Of a stretch of DNA of 64,000 nt, positions 61,841 through 64,000 are shown piece after piece (position 1 is the first letter of the stretch; every line of letters starts with the position of its first letter). A program made the position numbers and the translations under genes. Source of the stretch: Mobula hypostoma (lineage: Eukaryota); the NCBI RefSeq assembly GCF_963921235.1, contig NC_086097.1, forward strand, positions 233,432,001-233,496,000, written 5' to 3'. The notes below the pieces were generated by a model. It did not search any database and was not told where the DNA came from. It saw only the letters and a list, made by a program, of their open reading frames with translations.

Positions 61841-62937
61841 GGTTGTGTCATAAGACAAAACAAATATGCTGGAATAATCAGTCCTGGTGAAGAGTCTTGC
61901 CCAAGATGTTGAATGTTTATTTATTTCCGTAGTTGCTGCCTGACCTGCTGAGCTCCCCCAGCATTTTGTGTGCGTTGCTTCAGATCTGATTTCTTTGAGC
62001 ACTTTCAATGAACATAACATGCTCATACCCTTTTCAATATTACACTCAGTGCCCAGTTTGGAAAGAACTGCCATCCAGAGCACTTAGACAACTGAATACA
62101 ACCGATCTCCTACATTTTACTAGTTAATCACCATATCCACAAGATAATTCAGGGTGTCAGTTTGCTTCAGTTCCTTAATGAATCTGTGAATTTATAAAAT
62201 CACTTCTGTGGCACAGTAGTAAATACATTTCAAAGCTAATGCATTATTTACTGCAATGCACTTTGGGTCTGCAGTTATAAAAGCAAAGCTAGGAATAGAG
62301 GGTTCTTCTTTTTCTTTCAGATGGGTTGTTTCTGACAGTTGCTCATGGCAATGGCGTTGAGGATATGTATGGTTTATTTTACTATATCAGTATATATTCA
62401 GCACATATACTGAATATAATGAGTATGCCTAAGCCTTTTGGACAGTACTATCTGTACGTATACACACCTAAGACTTTTGTACAACACTGCAATGTGATGT
62501 AATCTAAAATGTGCTTAAAGTTCAATGCACGAAGAGTGAATCTCTAACTCACAGTAGTGCCTTCAGCCTAGTCTTTATGCCTACAGCACACCTAAATGGC
62601 ATATTGTATTGACTGTGCAAGACATCCTTAATTTGTCCGAAATATTATAATTCCTGTTCTGAACCATTGAGATTTTTTCTGTGGGCTTTTTCTGACTAAA
62701 AGTGGTTTGGCCTTTTGCAGACCAACCTGCCGTTTCAAGTAGAAGGGTAAACTTGATGTTCTAATATCAATAGAGAATTTAGTTTAATTGTGCAATTTCA
62801 ATTATATGACCATGGAAGTGATTTGAACCTACAAAGCTATTTGTGACAGTTAGGCTAGTTTTCATCGCAAGTCGCTGCCTGCATCTGCAGCACTTCTCTT
62901 TGCAAAGTCAAAGCTGATTTTAAACAGGGTAGACTTA

Positions 62938-63452
62938 CATTCACTGGCCACTTCATTAGATTCACCTGCACACCTGCTTATTAATGCAAATATCATGTGA
63001 CAGCAACTCAATGCATAAAAGCATGCAGACATGATCAAGAGGCTCAGCTGTTGTTCAGACCAAACATCGGAATGGGGAACAAATCTGATCTAAGTGACTT
63101 CGCCCATGGAACAATTGTTGGCACCAGATGGGGTGCTTTGAGTATCTTAGAAACTGCTGATCTTCTAAAATGTTCACATACAACAGTCCCTATAATTTAC
63201 AGAAAATGGTGCGAGATATAAAAAAAAATCATCCACTGGGTGGTAGTTCTGTGAGTAAAAATGCCTTGTAAACGAGAGAGGTCAGACTGGTTCAATCATG
63301 CATTAAAACAGCAGTGTGCTCAAGAGCATCTCGCAATGTACAACACGTTGAGCCTTGAAGTGGATGGGCTACAACAGCAGAGAACCATGAACATACGCTC
63401 AGTGGCCATTTTAATGGGTACAGGGTGTACCTAATAAAGTGGCCACAGAGTG
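62938..63452 (+). mobile_element. Tc1-type non-autonomous element
   Basis: TIRs cattcactggccacttcattag / ctaataaagtggccacagagtg; DLSDFAHGTIVG...SILETADLL HTH-like remnant. Confidence 0.8.
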
Positions 63453-63534
63453 TGTTTTTAGTGGACTTAGCTTGCTATGACATTTGGGTCCTTGCTGAGG
63501 CGCAACTTGAATGAACTGCGTGGTTGACACAAAC

Positions 63535-64000
63535 TGAGTGCAAGAGTCAGTAAATAAGCTGGCATACTACCTGAACAGGTACCACAGCTGTGGGCTAACT
63601 GCATTTTCAACCTGTCACTGCTACGAGTGGAAGTTTCCACTTGCTTCAAAAGGGCAACAATTATACCAGTGCCTAAGAAGAATAATATGAGCTGCCTTAA
63701 TGACTATCACCCAGTCGCACTCACCTCAACAGAGATGAAATATTTTGAGAGGTTGGTCATGACTAGACTGAACTCCTGCCTCAGCAAAGTCCTGGACCCA
63801 TTGCAATTTGCCTGTCACCACAATAGGTCAATGTCAGACGTAATCTTAATGGCTCTGCACACAGCCATAGACCACTCGGACCTTACAAACACCTATGTTG
63901 GGATGCTGTTCATTAACTATAGCTCAGCATTTAACACCGTCTTCCCACAATCCTAATTGATAAGTTACAGAAGCTGGGCCTCTGAACCTCCCCCTGCAAT
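63535..64000 (+). mobile_element. Rex1/Babar RT fragment running off the window
   Basis: CFKRATIIPVPKK...CLNDYHPVALTS...FERLV...LDPLQFA...LFINYSSAFNTV. Confidence 0.9.

Overview
Eukaryotic, AT-rich, repeat-dense non-coding DNA (intron or intergenic) with no host protein-coding exon, rRNA, tRNA gene or CRISPR array that I can support. The repeat mix points to a cartilaginous fish, probably a batoid ray (inference): CR1 LINEs with (TTTCTATG)-type tails, Rex1/Babar LINE fragments, HE1-like V-SINEs, Penelope 3' elements and Tc1/hAT/Harbinger MITEs. Almost all ORFs in the track are TE fragments or their antisense shadows. Highlights: (1) a decayed class III (ERV-L/ERV-S-like) endogenous retrovirus pro-pol at ~780-1880, with a candidate TAG-GGG gag/pro readthrough site and ~1.1 kb of unassigned sequence fused downstream; (2) two restriction-like-endonuclease non-LTR elements, an AT-rich R4/Dong-like copy starting at a (TAA)n tract and a little-degraded Hero-like copy with an 11-bp TSD; (3) many Penelope-derived short elements carrying minimal hammerhead-ribozyme cores, some as palindromes with TSDs; (4) a CR1 with a near-complete ORF2, a clean solo LTR, a Tx1 remnant, multi-layer nested insertions and a few repeat-free islands that may be regulatory. 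Family names come from motif recognition by eye, not database searches. Boundaries are approximate unless a TSD or TIR is quoted.
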